64,000 bases of DNA from Candidatus Bathyarchaeota archaeon (GTDB lineage Archaea; Thermoproteota; Bathyarchaeia; Bathyarchaeales; Bathycorpusculaceae). The notes under the pieces were generated by a model that did not search any database, was not told the origin of the DNA, and worked only from the letters and a program-made list of their open reading frames with translations. The stretch spans positions 1,312,001-1,376,000 of the forward strand of contig OY970176.1 in assembly GCA_963707955.1 (NCBI GenBank). Direction: 5' to 3'. A program made the position numbers and the translations under genes. Shown piece by piece: positions 41,136 through 50,746 of this stretch; the stretch's first letter is position 1; every line of letters begins with the position of its first letter.

Positions 41136-41942
41136 TTACTTGATTAGTTTCTTTTTCATCTGGTTTATGCTTAAGAGGAAGAAAACGAGCGTGACAACGC
41201 CAATCCAAACTATGCTAAGGAGCATGGTTGGTTCGAAGTTTCCAAACATTAGCCCTCTGGCAAGGATCACGGTGTGCGTTAAGGGGAGAACTGCCTGTGC
41301 CAGAATCTGCATGAACTGGGGAAGGATTGTCAAAGGGAAGAAGGTTCCGCTCAGCAGGAACATCGGGGTTATGAACAGGAACCCTGGGTAGTTGAAGAAA
41401 TCTATGTTGGGCGCCAGCGCTGTGAAGCACATTGCTATCGCCGAAAACATCAACCCAGCGAAGAAAGCAAGGATGGGAATCAGCAGGACCAGTGCGCTTG
41501 AGACCAGTCCAAAGGCAGCTACGACGGCCAAGACTATGCTTGAACTGATCAGACTTCGGGTTGCGCCCCAGAACAGCTCGCCTGCTATGACTTCTTCAAT
41601 GTTTATTGGTGTGGTGATGATGGCGTCAAAGGTCTTCTGGTAATACATTCGGACAAACGAACCGTATGTACACTCGAAGAATGCAGAGTACATGATGGAG
41701 ATGGCCACCAAGGCTGGTGCGATGAATTTGACGTAAGAGTAACCTAGCTGTGCAGCCGACACGAAACTTCCCAGCCCGAAGCCCAAAGCAGCAAGGTAGA
41801 AGATGGGTTCAAGGAGAGGCGGGAAAAAGTTGACTTTGTACGTTTTCATGAACACGTCAAAGTTTCTGCGCCAAACCTTCCGTACTCTGTACGTCAACTC
41901 GGGCAGTTTGAAGCTTGAGGCAACGCGGCTGGACCTTTTCAT
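41136..41942 (-). CDS. ABC-2 exporter permease (NodJ-like)
   Basis: LEP..YL...G.GLG, FECTY, SGTFFP. Confidence 0.88.
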   Translation of the reverse strand: MKRSSRVASSFKLPELTYRVRKVWRRNFDVFMKTYKVNFFPPLLEPIFYLAALGFGLGSFVSAAQLGYSYVKFIAPALVAISIMYSAFFECTYGSFVRMYYQKTFDAIITTPINIEEVIAGELFWGATRSLISSSIVLAVVAAFGLVSSALVLLIPILAFFAGLMFSAIAMCFTALAPNIDFFNYPGFLFITPMFLLSGTFFPLTILPQFMQILAQAVLPLTHTVILARGLMFGNFEPTMLLSIVWIGVVTLVFFLLSINQMKKKLIK

Positions 41943-42859
41943 TCTCTGAGTTTCCTCCCAGTTAGTTTCAAGAAAACGTCCTCGAGGTTAGCGTTCCGAA
42001 CGGTGGCACTCTTCGTTGGAAAATCTTCGAGAAAGCTGGCGAACACTCCATGAGGCTCAGTGGCAAAAACTTGGATCCTGTCACCCACGATTTCCACCCG
42101 AGCCTCTGGAAACTTATTATTGATCGTCGCCACCACTTTGTCATCATAATCGACTTCCATAACTTCTTCTCCAACATGCTTCCTGACCAAGTCTGTCGGA
42201 GTGCCTTCCTCGATGATCTTGCCATTATCCATGATCAGTGTGCGGTCGCACAGTTCAGCCGCCTCATCCATGTAATGCGTCGTCAAGATAATGGTCACGC
42301 CCGATTTCTTCAGGCTTCGAACCTTGTCCCAAATCAAATGACGCGCCTGAGGGTCAAGTCCCGTTGTAGGTTCATCCAACAAGAGTATCTGCGGTTCGTT
42401 GATCAATGCCCTAGCGAGAATTAATCGGCGTTTCATACCAGTCGACAGTTGATCAATAATAACATCGCGCTTTTCTTCCAGTTGAAAGAACTTGAGCATC
42501 TCCTCGGCTCGCTTGCGTGCCTCATCTTTGGAAATGTCAAAGTAGCGGGCGTAGACGGTCAGGTTGGTTATGACGCTGAAGTCTGGGTCGAGGTTTTCTT
42601 CCTGAGGTGAGACGCCTATCATCTTCTTTATGTCTCTGGGGTTTTCAGACACGCTTATGCCCGCCACCGTTAGCTTGCCTGACGCGGGAGGCAAGACACA
42701 GTGAATCATTTTGATGGTTGTTGTCTTTCCCGCACCGTTGGGCCCAAGAAACCCGCAGCACTCACCCTTGTAGACTTGAAAGTTTATGTTGTCCACTGCA
42801 ACGAAATCGTCATACTTCTTTGTCAGGTTCTGCGCTTCGATGAGGACTTCTGAAACCAT
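41939..42859 (-). CDS. ABC exporter ATPase (NodI-like)
   Basis: GPNGAGKT, LSTGM, LLLDEPT, LEDVF. Confidence 0.92.
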   Translation of the reverse strand: MVSEVLIEAQNLTKKYDDFVAVDNINFQVYKGECCGFLGPNGAGKTTTIKMIHCVLPPASGKLTVAGISVSENPRDIKKMIGVSPQEENLDPDFSVITNLTVYARYFDISKDEARKRAEEMLKFFQLEEKRDVIIDQLSTGMKRRLILARALINEPQILLLDEPTTGLDPQARHLIWDKVRSLKKSGVTIILTTHYMDEAAELCDRTLIMDNGKIIEEGTPTDLVRKHVGEEVMEVDYDDKVVATINNKFPEARVEIVGDRIQVFATEPHGVFASFLEDFPTKSATVRNANLEDVFLKLTGRKLRE

Positions 42860-43003
42860 GCGGTTCCTTCCAAGAGTCTACCTCATGCATACAGCACGCG
42901 TTCTTAAGAGAATTACTTTTCACTCCTCAAAGTGCCTGAACTCTTCTATCCTCGGCTACATATTTGTCAAGGAGCGCACACGCAGACACTTCATGCAAGG
43001 TTT

Positions 43004-43083
43004 TGGCGGGCCCGCAGGGATTTGAACCCTGGATCTCCGGCTCCGCAGGCCAGCGTCCTAATCCAGACCTAGACCACGGGCCC
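43004..43083 (-). tRNA. tRNA-Arg(GCG)
   Basis: GGGCCCG...CTGGC CT GCG GA GCCGG...GGTTCAAATCC...CGGGCCCGCCA. Confidence 0.95.
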
Positions 43084-43311
43084 ATATGACTGGATTACGG
43101 TGTTCTGACTATTGCCTAGGTAAGATATTAACAACTCTAATAAAACTTAAGAACAGAGGCTTAGCTGAAGGCACACAGTCTGGTTGCTTCTGCTTCTCCT
43201 AGGTATGCTACGGTATTGAAGGTTCTTGCAGAAACAGGGGTTATGCCTCATGAACTGTCCAATGTTTCAATCAGAGATATTGATGTGGAAAGGGGAGTAA
43301 TGAATGTTAGC
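43084..43311 (+). pseudogene. Degraded tyrosine integrase (part downstream of att)
   Basis: GKILTTLIKLKNRGLAEGT, then after a deletion or frameshift YATVLKVLAETGVMPHELSNVSIRDID (box I-like); truncated. Confidence 0.7.
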
Positions 43312-43625
43312 GCGCGCGAGAGCAGAATTGAGGATGCAAATGTAAGAAAAACAGACCACATTAGTCGAAATATGATATTGACCGTGTGGGTCAGAATGTT
43401 TTGTTGCATCTCGCTCGTCTCTCACTCCATCACTATTAGGAGACTCTTAAGTGTTTATTCTAGTAACACTGTATTGTCTCACAAGTCACTGTGCGGACAT
43501 TTATCAATCCTTTTCCAGAAAATCCATCAGGGTCATTTACAGACTACATGACTTTTTCTTTTTAAGCCTTATGAATATCCTTATTAGACCTCAAACAACA
43601 CAAGGCAAACTGGGGGTTCAAAACT

Positions 43626-44261
43626 ATGTCTAGAGACAATTCACATGGAGAATCGGCAACTCCAAGTAAGCATATTATCGTTGAAAATCACGTTGTTGGT
43701 ATTGAGAGTGTTAGTATCAAGACTCGTCATGAAATTTCTGTATTGGCTTATGATTTTGCCAAAAGTTCTGTTGAAGATTGTCGCAGATATCGAGAGTTTT
43801 GTGATAAAGCTAAAGATGTACAAGAAAAAATGGGACATCTTCTCAATGAAATGCAGAGTTCAGTGGCATGCTTTGTCTTTTGCGTAATTTGTCTAGAGGC
43901 ATACATAAACACGTATGCTGGTGATAGGCTTTCTGAATTAATATGGGAAAAACTTGAACTAAGATTACGCCTTGAGGACAAGTGGATAGTAGTTCCAGAA
44001 CTCGCTCTCAGAAAAACATTTGAAACTGACAAGGAACCTTATAAATCATTAAAATGGTTGGTTGACCAGAGGAATTTTATAGTCCATTACAAAGGCAAAT
44101 TCAGTGAACCTGAAATGAATGACCGACTAGGGACCGCTACTGACAGAATTTTTAATCAATTTACATTGGAGAAAGCAGAAAGAGCATTTCAGCTTGTAAA
44201 AGACATGATTAAGAGCGTGCACAGTTTCGATGACTCGAAGGCTCCCGATTGGTTAGCCTAG
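43626..44261 (+). CDS. HEPN-like protein
   Basis: LEAYIN helix and RNFIVH (RX4H). Confidence 0.55.
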   Translation: MSRDNSHGESATPSKHIIVENHVVGIESVSIKTRHEISVLAYDFAKSSVEDCRRYREFCDKAKDVQEKMGHLLNEMQSSVACFVFCVICLEAYINTYAGDRLSELIWEKLELRLRLEDKWIVVPELALRKTFETDKEPYKSLKWLVDQRNFIVHYKGKFSEPEMNDRLGTATDRIFNQFTLEKAERAFQLVKDMIKSVHSFDDSKAPDWLA

Positions 44262-44341
44262 CCTAAGCCATGCAGTACAGAAGTCTTAAATCAGGACAGT
44301 AGGTTGACGAAACACACGGTAGAAAAGTAGAAATCCTATCG

Positions 44342-44809
44342 ATGCATACAGCAGGTCACGGTAGTGTTGGCATGTCTCGTGATGTTATATATGCAAAATA
44401 CCAAAGAATAGTGATGAGTGGTTTCGGTTACGCTTGTCCGTTTTGTTACGAACGAGATAAACTGGTTTATGATATGGGCACCCCAAGTTACCTGACCTGC
44501 ACGGCATGTGGAGCACGATGGAATCTTCACTGGTTTTTCGGCAAATTGACAGGGGCGGTATTGGTACAGGACAGTATGAAGGGAATAGGAGCACATTTGC
44601 TCCATAAGAATTATCCAACAGATTTCTGGCGAAAGATGGGTCTTGAAGGTCGCAAGGACTTGCCTCCGCCTTCCACTGAAATGACGGCAGCCAAGGAAAA
44701 AGAGATAATAACACAAACAAAAGTCATCGTGAAGGTCAAATGTCCTTATTGTACCAATCTATATGACGAGACGCTCGACAGATGTCCGCACTGTGGTGGA
44801 AAAAGGTAA
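44342..44809 (+). CDS. Zinc-ribbon protein
   Basis: Four CxxC pairs; KEIIT..KVKCPYC...CPHCG tail. Confidence 0.7.
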   Translation: MHTAGHGSVGMSRDVIYAKYQRIVMSGFGYACPFCYERDKLVYDMGTPSYLTCTACGARWNLHWFFGKLTGAVLVQDSMKGIGAHLLHKNYPTDFWRKMGLEGRKDLPPPSTEMTAAKEKEIITQTKVIVKVKCPYCTNLYDETLDRCPHCGGKR

Positions 44810-44939
44810 CAGTCGAATAAGGTAAATCAACTTGCGACAGACTCTAGTCAAGCTGAAAGAGGAATAATAGAAAAATTAAATCGGCACAGCAACAGAAGAC
44901 GAACTGGGCACATGCATAGAATCAGAAAGAGAATCTTGA

Positions 44940-46109
44940 ATGAACCATAACTATGATGATGAGGAAAAGAATACTGAACCAGATGAAGAAGATTCAGAAG
45001 AACCAAGACCTGTTGATGCTGAAGTTGATAGAAGAAAACGTGTTGAAATGCTCCTCAAAGAGGAAGAAGAAATAGACAAAGGTCAACCATTCAGAACAAA
45101 AGAAAGGAAGCACAATAATGGAATGACCAGTGAAGGAGAATTTCATTTTAAAAAAGCAGAAGAATGGAAAGAGATACATAGGAAAAGAATGAAATGGAAA
45201 TGGGTTCTCGCAACTATTTTGATCTTGGCAACAATCATACTCGGTCTATTCGTCTTCTACTCGTATCCTAATCTCTTTTCGAATATAATTCCAAACCAGT
45301 CTACAACAAATTATACTCATGGAGAACTTGTAGACTATGCTTTGACTCTAATCAATTTGGACAGATCATCAAGAGGCTTATCAAATGTGAGCCTAAGTCC
45401 AATAGATTCGGGTCAAGTTCACGCTGATGATATGTTTAATCATGGGTTCTTTAGCCATTGGGGAACTGATGGGTCTAAACCTTACATGCGGTATACATGG
45501 GCAGGAGGAAAAGGGGCTGTCGAAGAGAACGTTGCAGCATATTTGCAGGGTAGTCCTTCAGATCTGAAGACAGCTCTGAAAGATTTGGAATTCAATATGA
45601 TGTTTAATGATTCGGCTTCGAACTGGGGACACAGGGATAACATTTTGAATTCATTTCATAACGAGGTAAGCATTGGCGTTTCTCACGGCAATAGCCAACT
45701 GTATTTCGTTGAGGATTTCATAGATGACTACATTAACTGGTCAACCTTCACATTCACTCAAAATCAAGTTACATTAATCGGAAGTCTAACCAAACAAGTG
45801 TCTCTGAGTCAAGTCAATATATTCTATGATAGTCTGCCATCTAACTTGACGGCGGGTCAGTTGGATAATTCTCCCCACATTGGTTCATATACGCAAGGAA
45901 CTTTCACTGGAATGGCTCTTCCCCCAAACTATCAATCTCAACAAGGCATAACTATAACAGCCCAAACTTGGGTGCAATCAGTCCTAACATTCCAGATAGA
46001 ATTCGATTTGTCTCAAGTGTTCAATACGTACGGAAAAGGTGTCTATACTTTATATCTTCAAACCACCAGTCAAGATTCTCTTACATCATATTCTATCTGG
46101 CATGAATGA
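44940..46109 (+). CDS. Membrane-anchored CAP (SCP/PR-1) domain protein
   Basis: TM helix; IN.DR, HADDM...FSHW, EENVA, GHRDNIL. Confidence 0.85.
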   Translation: MNHNYDDEEKNTEPDEEDSEEPRPVDAEVDRRKRVEMLLKEEEEIDKGQPFRTKERKHNNGMTSEGEFHFKKAEEWKEIHRKRMKWKWVLATILILATIILGLFVFYSYPNLFSNIIPNQSTTNYTHGELVDYALTLINLDRSSRGLSNVSLSPIDSGQVHADDMFNHGFFSHWGTDGSKPYMRYTWAGGKGAVEENVAAYLQGSPSDLKTALKDLEFNMMFNDSASNWGHRDNILNSFHNEVSIGVSHGNSQLYFVEDFIDDYINWSTFTFTQNQVTLIGSLTKQVSLSQVNIFYDSLPSNLTAGQLDNSPHIGSYTQGTFTGMALPPNYQSQQGITITAQTWVQSVLTFQIEFDLSQVFNTYGKGVYTLYLQTTSQDSLTSYSIWHE

Positions 46110-46119
46110 CCGTAATGGA

Positions 46120-46148
46120 GATTTCAGAGGGTCCATAGAAGTTTTTCA
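46120..46148 (+). repeat. Cassette-boundary repeat R1
   Basis: GATTTCAGAGGGTCCATAGAAGTTTTTCA. Confidence 0.9.
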
Positions 46149-46423
46149 ATTTTAATTTAAAGGAAACAAGGTCTCTTCTTCATTCTTAGTGTTTATCAGA
46201 ACAAATCTAAGATTCGTTCTCATAGGGAAGATGTTCTGTTTGTGACGACTGTTTGCTCATAGAACTTTGTTTCAAAAGACAAATAGCCTGAGAAGAGTAA
46301 AGATCCATACACATTCTAGGGGAAAAGGAAAGGTGGTACAACGGTAAAAAAGAAGGATTTGGTTCAATGTTTATATTTTTGGTTTTGCATATATTTCATT
46401 GTAAGAATTACAGAAGATAGTGA

Positions 46424-47662
46424 ATGATGAAAAGTTATGCTGTTTGTGCTTTCTTACTGTTTTCAATGTTAGCTCTGCTTATACCGCTAAACATAGTCAA
46501 AGTAGATGCTGGCCTCGAATCAGGTTTGACGTTAGACTCTGGAAGTTATCCAGCAAGTATGGTCTACGATAACAATACCAATTCAGTATGGATAGCTTTG
46601 CATTATGGATATCCTCCATGGAATTCTTCGATAGCAAACATTGACGTTGCAAGCAAATCCGTTATAGGAATATATCAGCTTCCATATTCTTTGGATTCTG
46701 GTACATGGGGACCTTTTGCAGAATATATAACAATGGATTCTAACGGAAATGTTTGGGTAGCACCTTCTGATTATTTGCACTGGATTATACCTGAAGTCTA
46801 TGTTTTTATGTTCAATGTATCATCTCAAAATTGGACAACAGTTTTGGTTGATAACACTTCTTTGTTTGGAATTGGAGACATAGCCTATACAAATGGATAC
46901 ATATGGGTTCTTGGCTACACAAATATATACAGAGTAAATTTCAACAATAACAATTCTGTGTTAAAGATACCATCACCATCAGGAATAACATTGTTAGACG
47001 GAAGTTTATGTGAAGACGGAACAAATCTTTGGATTAGCACTTCTAATAGTGGCTCTCTTTTAATGCTAAATACAACAGATAACTCTGTTAAAACAGTTCT
47101 AAACGGACTTAATAATCCAAGAGGTATGTGTGTTGACAACACTTTTCTGTACATTGCCGAACAAGGACAAAATGTTGGTGGCAGTGGCAATTTTTCTGGA
47201 AATACTATTACTGTTATGAACAAGATAGACTATGGTGTAACAACTATAACTTGTGAGAACTGTACAGGAGTACAAAATGTTGCAATAGATGAAAATGGTA
47301 GCTTATGGTGGACAGATACTTCGCCAAACGGAGAAGTTATGACACATGTCGGAGTTTTTAATGTTACATACACACTTTATGAATATGCATATTATGTGAT
47401 CTATGTTCCTAACCCTGGTGTTTGGGTTTCGTACACTGGTAGTGCTGGTATAAAATTCTACAACTTCAGTGGATTTATCCAAGGTGACGTGAACAAAGAC
47501 GGAAGAGTGAGCATGACTGACGTTGTTGATGTCTTGGGAGCATTTGGTGCAGTAAATGGAACTTCTAGATACAATCCAACCTATGACTTCGACAACAATA
47601 GCAGAATAGATATGTCAGACATAATGGTTGTTTTAAGACACTTTGGACAAGTATCAACGTAG
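46424..47662 (+). CDS. Secreted beta-propeller (Vgb/NHL-like) protein with C-terminal dockerin-like domain
   Basis: Signal peptide; D..GN.W repeats; GDVNKDGRV...D, DFDNNSRID. Confidence 0.75.
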   Translation: MMKSYAVCAFLLFSMLALLIPLNIVKVDAGLESGLTLDSGSYPASMVYDNNTNSVWIALHYGYPPWNSSIANIDVASKSVIGIYQLPYSLDSGTWGPFAEYITMDSNGNVWVAPSDYLHWIIPEVYVFMFNVSSQNWTTVLVDNTSLFGIGDIAYTNGYIWVLGYTNIYRVNFNNNNSVLKIPSPSGITLLDGSLCEDGTNLWISTSNSGSLLMLNTTDNSVKTVLNGLNNPRGMCVDNTFLYIAEQGQNVGGSGNFSGNTITVMNKIDYGVTTITCENCTGVQNVAIDENGSLWWTDTSPNGEVMTHVGVFNVTYTLYEYAYYVIYVPNPGVWVSYTGSAGIKFYNFSGFIQGDVNKDGRVSMTDVVDVLGAFGAVNGTSRYNPTYDFDNNSRIDMSDIMVVLRHFGQVST

Positions 47663-47819
47663 TGAAAAACATCCAAAAATTCTCTTCTTTTTGTTGTTCT
47701 ATTTTTGCTCATAGGGCTAGTTCTTCAAGGAATAGCAGAGTTTGTAAGCTAAAGTTAGAGGAATATGATAAGGGTCTAGTTCTTTCACCAAGTTTAGGCT
47801 TTTCCCATCAATGAATGCA

Positions 47820-47857
47820 GATTTCAGAGGGTTCATAGAAGTTTTTCATCGAAGTTC
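47820..47857 (+). repeat. Cassette-boundary repeat R2
   Basis: GATTTCAGAGGGTTCATAGAAGTTTTTCATCGAAGTTC. Confidence 0.9.
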
Positions 47858-47994
47858 TTATGTTCACAGAAGATATTCAGTCAGCCAATCAGTACCTTTG
47901 AGCTTCTTGGAACATTTCTGCTTTCTAAAATGAAAAAGGATACATGCATAAGCTATAAGAACAACAGAAAAGGCAGTAATTTAGGGAGACGGAG

Positions 47995-49020
47995 ATGGCT
48001 AGAGGGTATCTTTTTTCTATAGCTCTGATTTGTGTGCTAGTTTTGTTATCTCCTTGTCTTTTGAAGAAAGCTTATGCTACTGACGGTTTTCCAGTACACA
48101 ATATCAGCACAGACTTGAACTATGCAACAATACAATCAGCAATCAATGCTATCCAGACAGTAGATGGAAATACGATTAGAGTTGATGCTGGAACCTATAA
48201 CGAGACATTGACAATTGATAAGGGCGTTTCCGTAATTGGAGACAGCCCCAGTACTACAACAATCAATGGGCAGGTCACTATAATTTCTTCAGGAGTAGAA
48301 ATCTTCAATTTCACCTTGAATGGTGGAATTAAAATATTCTCTTCTTACTATGCAACTTCACGCTGCACTGTTTCTAATAACACAATAGTTGGAGTTCCAA
48401 ACATAGGGGATGGATACGGGATTCATGTCTACACCAATGAAGCTGGATTTGCAGATTATGGCATTATTGAAAACAATGAGATAAGAGATTTTAACTATAC
48501 TGGCATATCGATTTATCGTGTTAGTGGTTGGACAATTTCAGGAAATGACATACACGACAATCTAAGAGGCGGTATATATCTTGGAGATGGAGAATCGTGT
48601 AATATCATTGGAAACTCAATCCATAATGACAATTCAATTTATCCATATACCTTCTTTGCATTAGAACTTGAATATTCAAGCAATAATGTGATATATTATA
48701 ACGATTTTTTTGATAATGGCAAGTTTTCTCAAGTATATGTATCAAATGGCTATTCCAACAAATGGGATAGCGGAAGTCAAGGCAATTATTGGGATGATTA
48801 TAAAGGAGTAGATAGTGGTAATGGGATTGGAAGCACTCCGTATTTAATTGACTCTTATAACCAAGATAATTTTCCACTCATGCACACGTACAACATTCCA
48901 GAGTTCCCATCATTCATTGTCCTAACAATATCCATGTTAGTAACACTACTAGCAGTCATAGTCTACTTGAAACTCATCAAGCAAAGATTTCAAGGACTCC
49001 ATAGAAGTTTTTCATCGTAG
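47995..49020 (+). CDS. Secreted beta-helix (NosD/pectin-lyase-like) protein with PEF-CTERM anchor
   Basis: YATIQSAIN, GTYNE, GNYWDDY.G.D..GIG..PY, IPEFPS plus TM helix. Confidence 0.8.
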   Translation: MARGYLFSIALICVLVLLSPCLLKKAYATDGFPVHNISTDLNYATIQSAINAIQTVDGNTIRVDAGTYNETLTIDKGVSVIGDSPSTTTINGQVTIISSGVEIFNFTLNGGIKIFSSYYATSRCTVSNNTIVGVPNIGDGYGIHVYTNEAGFADYGIIENNEIRDFNYTGISIYRVSGWTISGNDIHDNLRGGIYLGDGESCNIIGNSIHNDNSIYPYTFFALELEYSSNNVIYYNDFFDNGKFSQVYVSNGYSNKWDSGSQGNYWDDYKGVDSGNGIGSTPYLIDSYNQDNFPLMHTYNIPEFPSFIVLTISMLVTLLAVIVYLKLIKQRFQGLHRSFSS

Positions 49021-49023
49021 TTC
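48986..49023 (+). repeat. Cassette-boundary repeat R3
   Basis: GATTTCAAGGACTCCATAGAAGTTTTTCATCGTAGTTC; supplies the stop codon of 47995..49020. Confidence 0.85.
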
Positions 49024-49127
49024 TGTCTGTTATTAACATATACAGCTATTATTGAGCTTCTTTTCTATCCAATATTCTCTTCATGATGTAGTCTTTAATA
49101 CTAATTCTACTAGATTTGATTTCTTGA

Positions 49128-49616
49128 GTGACTCAGATGTTGGACATACCGTCTATTTCAGCAATTGTTGTAGCCACAGGCGTACTGGTTGGTGTTGTTT
49201 ATTATATTCTGGATATGAGAAATCAGAGCAAAGTGAGACAAACAGACCTTGTAATGAGACTATACTCAACTTTCAATAGTCTTGAATTCCAGAAGACATG
49301 GGAAGAGGTTTTGAAAAGAGAAGCCAAGAACCTCAATGATTACGAGAAAAAGTATAGTCAGGCTGAGGTATTAGCAATTGGCATGTTCTTCGAAGGAATC
49401 GGCATTCTTCTAAAAAGAAAACTCATAGACATAGAGTTAGTTGATGACATGTTCACTATGCCTATCAAAACAACATGGGAAAAGATGAGGGATATTACAT
49501 TAGAAGCCAGAAAAGTCAGAAATGAACCAACGGGTCTTGAGTGGTTCGAATATCTCTACGATGAAATGAAGAAGAGAGAACAGAAGCTCCGACAAGGAAG
49601 TTTCAAGAATGGTTGA
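49128..49616 (+). CDS. DUF4760-like single-TM protein
   Basis: N-terminal TM; FFEGIGIL, WEK, WFEYLYDEMKK. Confidence 0.6.
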   Translation: MTQMLDIPSISAIVVATGVLVGVVYYILDMRNQSKVRQTDLVMRLYSTFNSLEFQKTWEEVLKREAKNLNDYEKKYSQAEVLAIGMFFEGIGILLKRKLIDIELVDDMFTMPIKTTWEKMRDITLEARKVRNEPTGLEWFEYLYDEMKKREQKLRQGSFKNG

Positions 49617-50062
49617 CATAACAGAGATTTCGGCTATTGTTGCAGCAGCAGGTGTGTTAGTAGGTGTTATCCTTACTGTGCTAGAGCTTAGACATCTAGC
49701 CAGATCAAGACGAACAGACTCCTATTGGAGGATTATGTCCAGCTTCAACAGCAAAGAATACTTGGAAGCATTACAGAAAGTGCTTAGTCTGGAATTCGAG
49801 GACTACGATGACTTCACAAGAAAATATGGTAACTTGCTTTCAGGAAAATGAAGTTGGCGTACCATTCGCCATGGTTTGCGATCTGTATGAAACAACAGGC
49901 TTTCTTCTTCATAATGGACTACTGGAATATGACATAGCCAGCCAATTCCCAGTCATCCAAACATGGGAGAGAGTGAAGCCGATAGTAGAAGGATTAAGAA
50001 AGGAATCCACCAAATCGTATTACAAGTGGTTTGAATACCTATACAATGAGATGAAGAAATGA
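49609..50062 (+). CDS. DUF4760-like paralog, frameshifted at ~49843
   Basis: The two frames together align end-to-end with 49128..49616. Confidence 0.6.
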
Positions 50063-50085
50063 GAGCAAACACAGATTCAGCCAAG

Positions 50086-50123
50086 GATTTCAGAGGGTCT
50101 GTAGAAGTTTTTCAGCGAAGTTT
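50086..50123 (+). repeat. Cassette-boundary repeat R4
   Basis: GATTTCAGAGGGTCTGTAGAAGTTTTTCAGCGAAGTTT. Confidence 0.9.
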
Positions 50124-50211
50124 CGAGATTTCAAGCTTAGAGTGATCAATCACAAACCATTTAAGATTCTTCAAAGTAGTATAGAAGTGCAAAATGGGGA
50201 GATAAAGAAGA

Positions 50212-50293
50212 ATGGACAATGAAAACAATCCTTTTGAACAGAAAGCAATCAATAATAAGTCTGACGTCCTAATCCAGCCTAGACCACGGGCCC
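50212..50293 (+). other. Putative intN fragment ending in the att repeat (50265-50293)
   Basis: MDNENNPFEQKAINNKSDVLIQPRPRA; in frame with 43084 onward after excision. Confidence 0.6.
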
Positions 50294-50746
50294 TTTTGGA
50301 CGGACTAGGGTACTATTGCGCTCTCTGAAAAGTTTGTACTCGTCTGTCTCCGTCACAAAGTCGAAGTCGGACTCTATTAGTTTTTTTGCTTCTGCGATCA
50401 AGAATCGCAAAGAGAATGTGGTTTTATTGTCCCAGATTCATATCAAAAATACATATGGAAAAGGTCGCAGCTAGCAAAGCGGTGAATACCATAAGCAGGG
50501 CCCGTTTATTGAGATGGCAGCACGTGACTGGAAGCCGACTATCGATGAAGCTTTAGAAAGGGAAAACCGAGCTATCAGGTTTCACAAAACGCGTTACGTA
50601 CTTTGAACACTGAGGATACTGTAGACTGTGATGGCATTGTGTTCAGAAGAGAATTGATTGTCACGCACTTGCCGCGCAATTTGCCTGCTTTCCGAGGAGC
50701 TCACAGATTAAATAGTTCTAGAGTCATTTTAGAATCTGGTGTTTTG

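Larger units (their letters stand above)
43054..50293. mobile_element. Integrated element at the 5' end of tRNA-Arg(GCG)
   Basis: Direct repeat of the tRNA 5' ~29 nt at 43054-43083 and 50265-50293; integrase remnant; AT-richer cargo. Confidence 0.85.

Noticed and set aside
43312-43551. C-terminal part of ORF 43216..43551 as integrase
   Set aside because: Similarity stops at the CG tract and there is no HxxR or catalytic Tyr region.
49843-49851. DUF4760 frameshift as part of the AGCY pattern
   Set aside because: The context is TCAGGAAAA, not RGCY; it is either a homopolymer error or real decay.
46120-50123. CRISPR array interpretation of the repeats
   Set aside because: The intervening sequences are kb-long genes, and there are no cas genes in the window.
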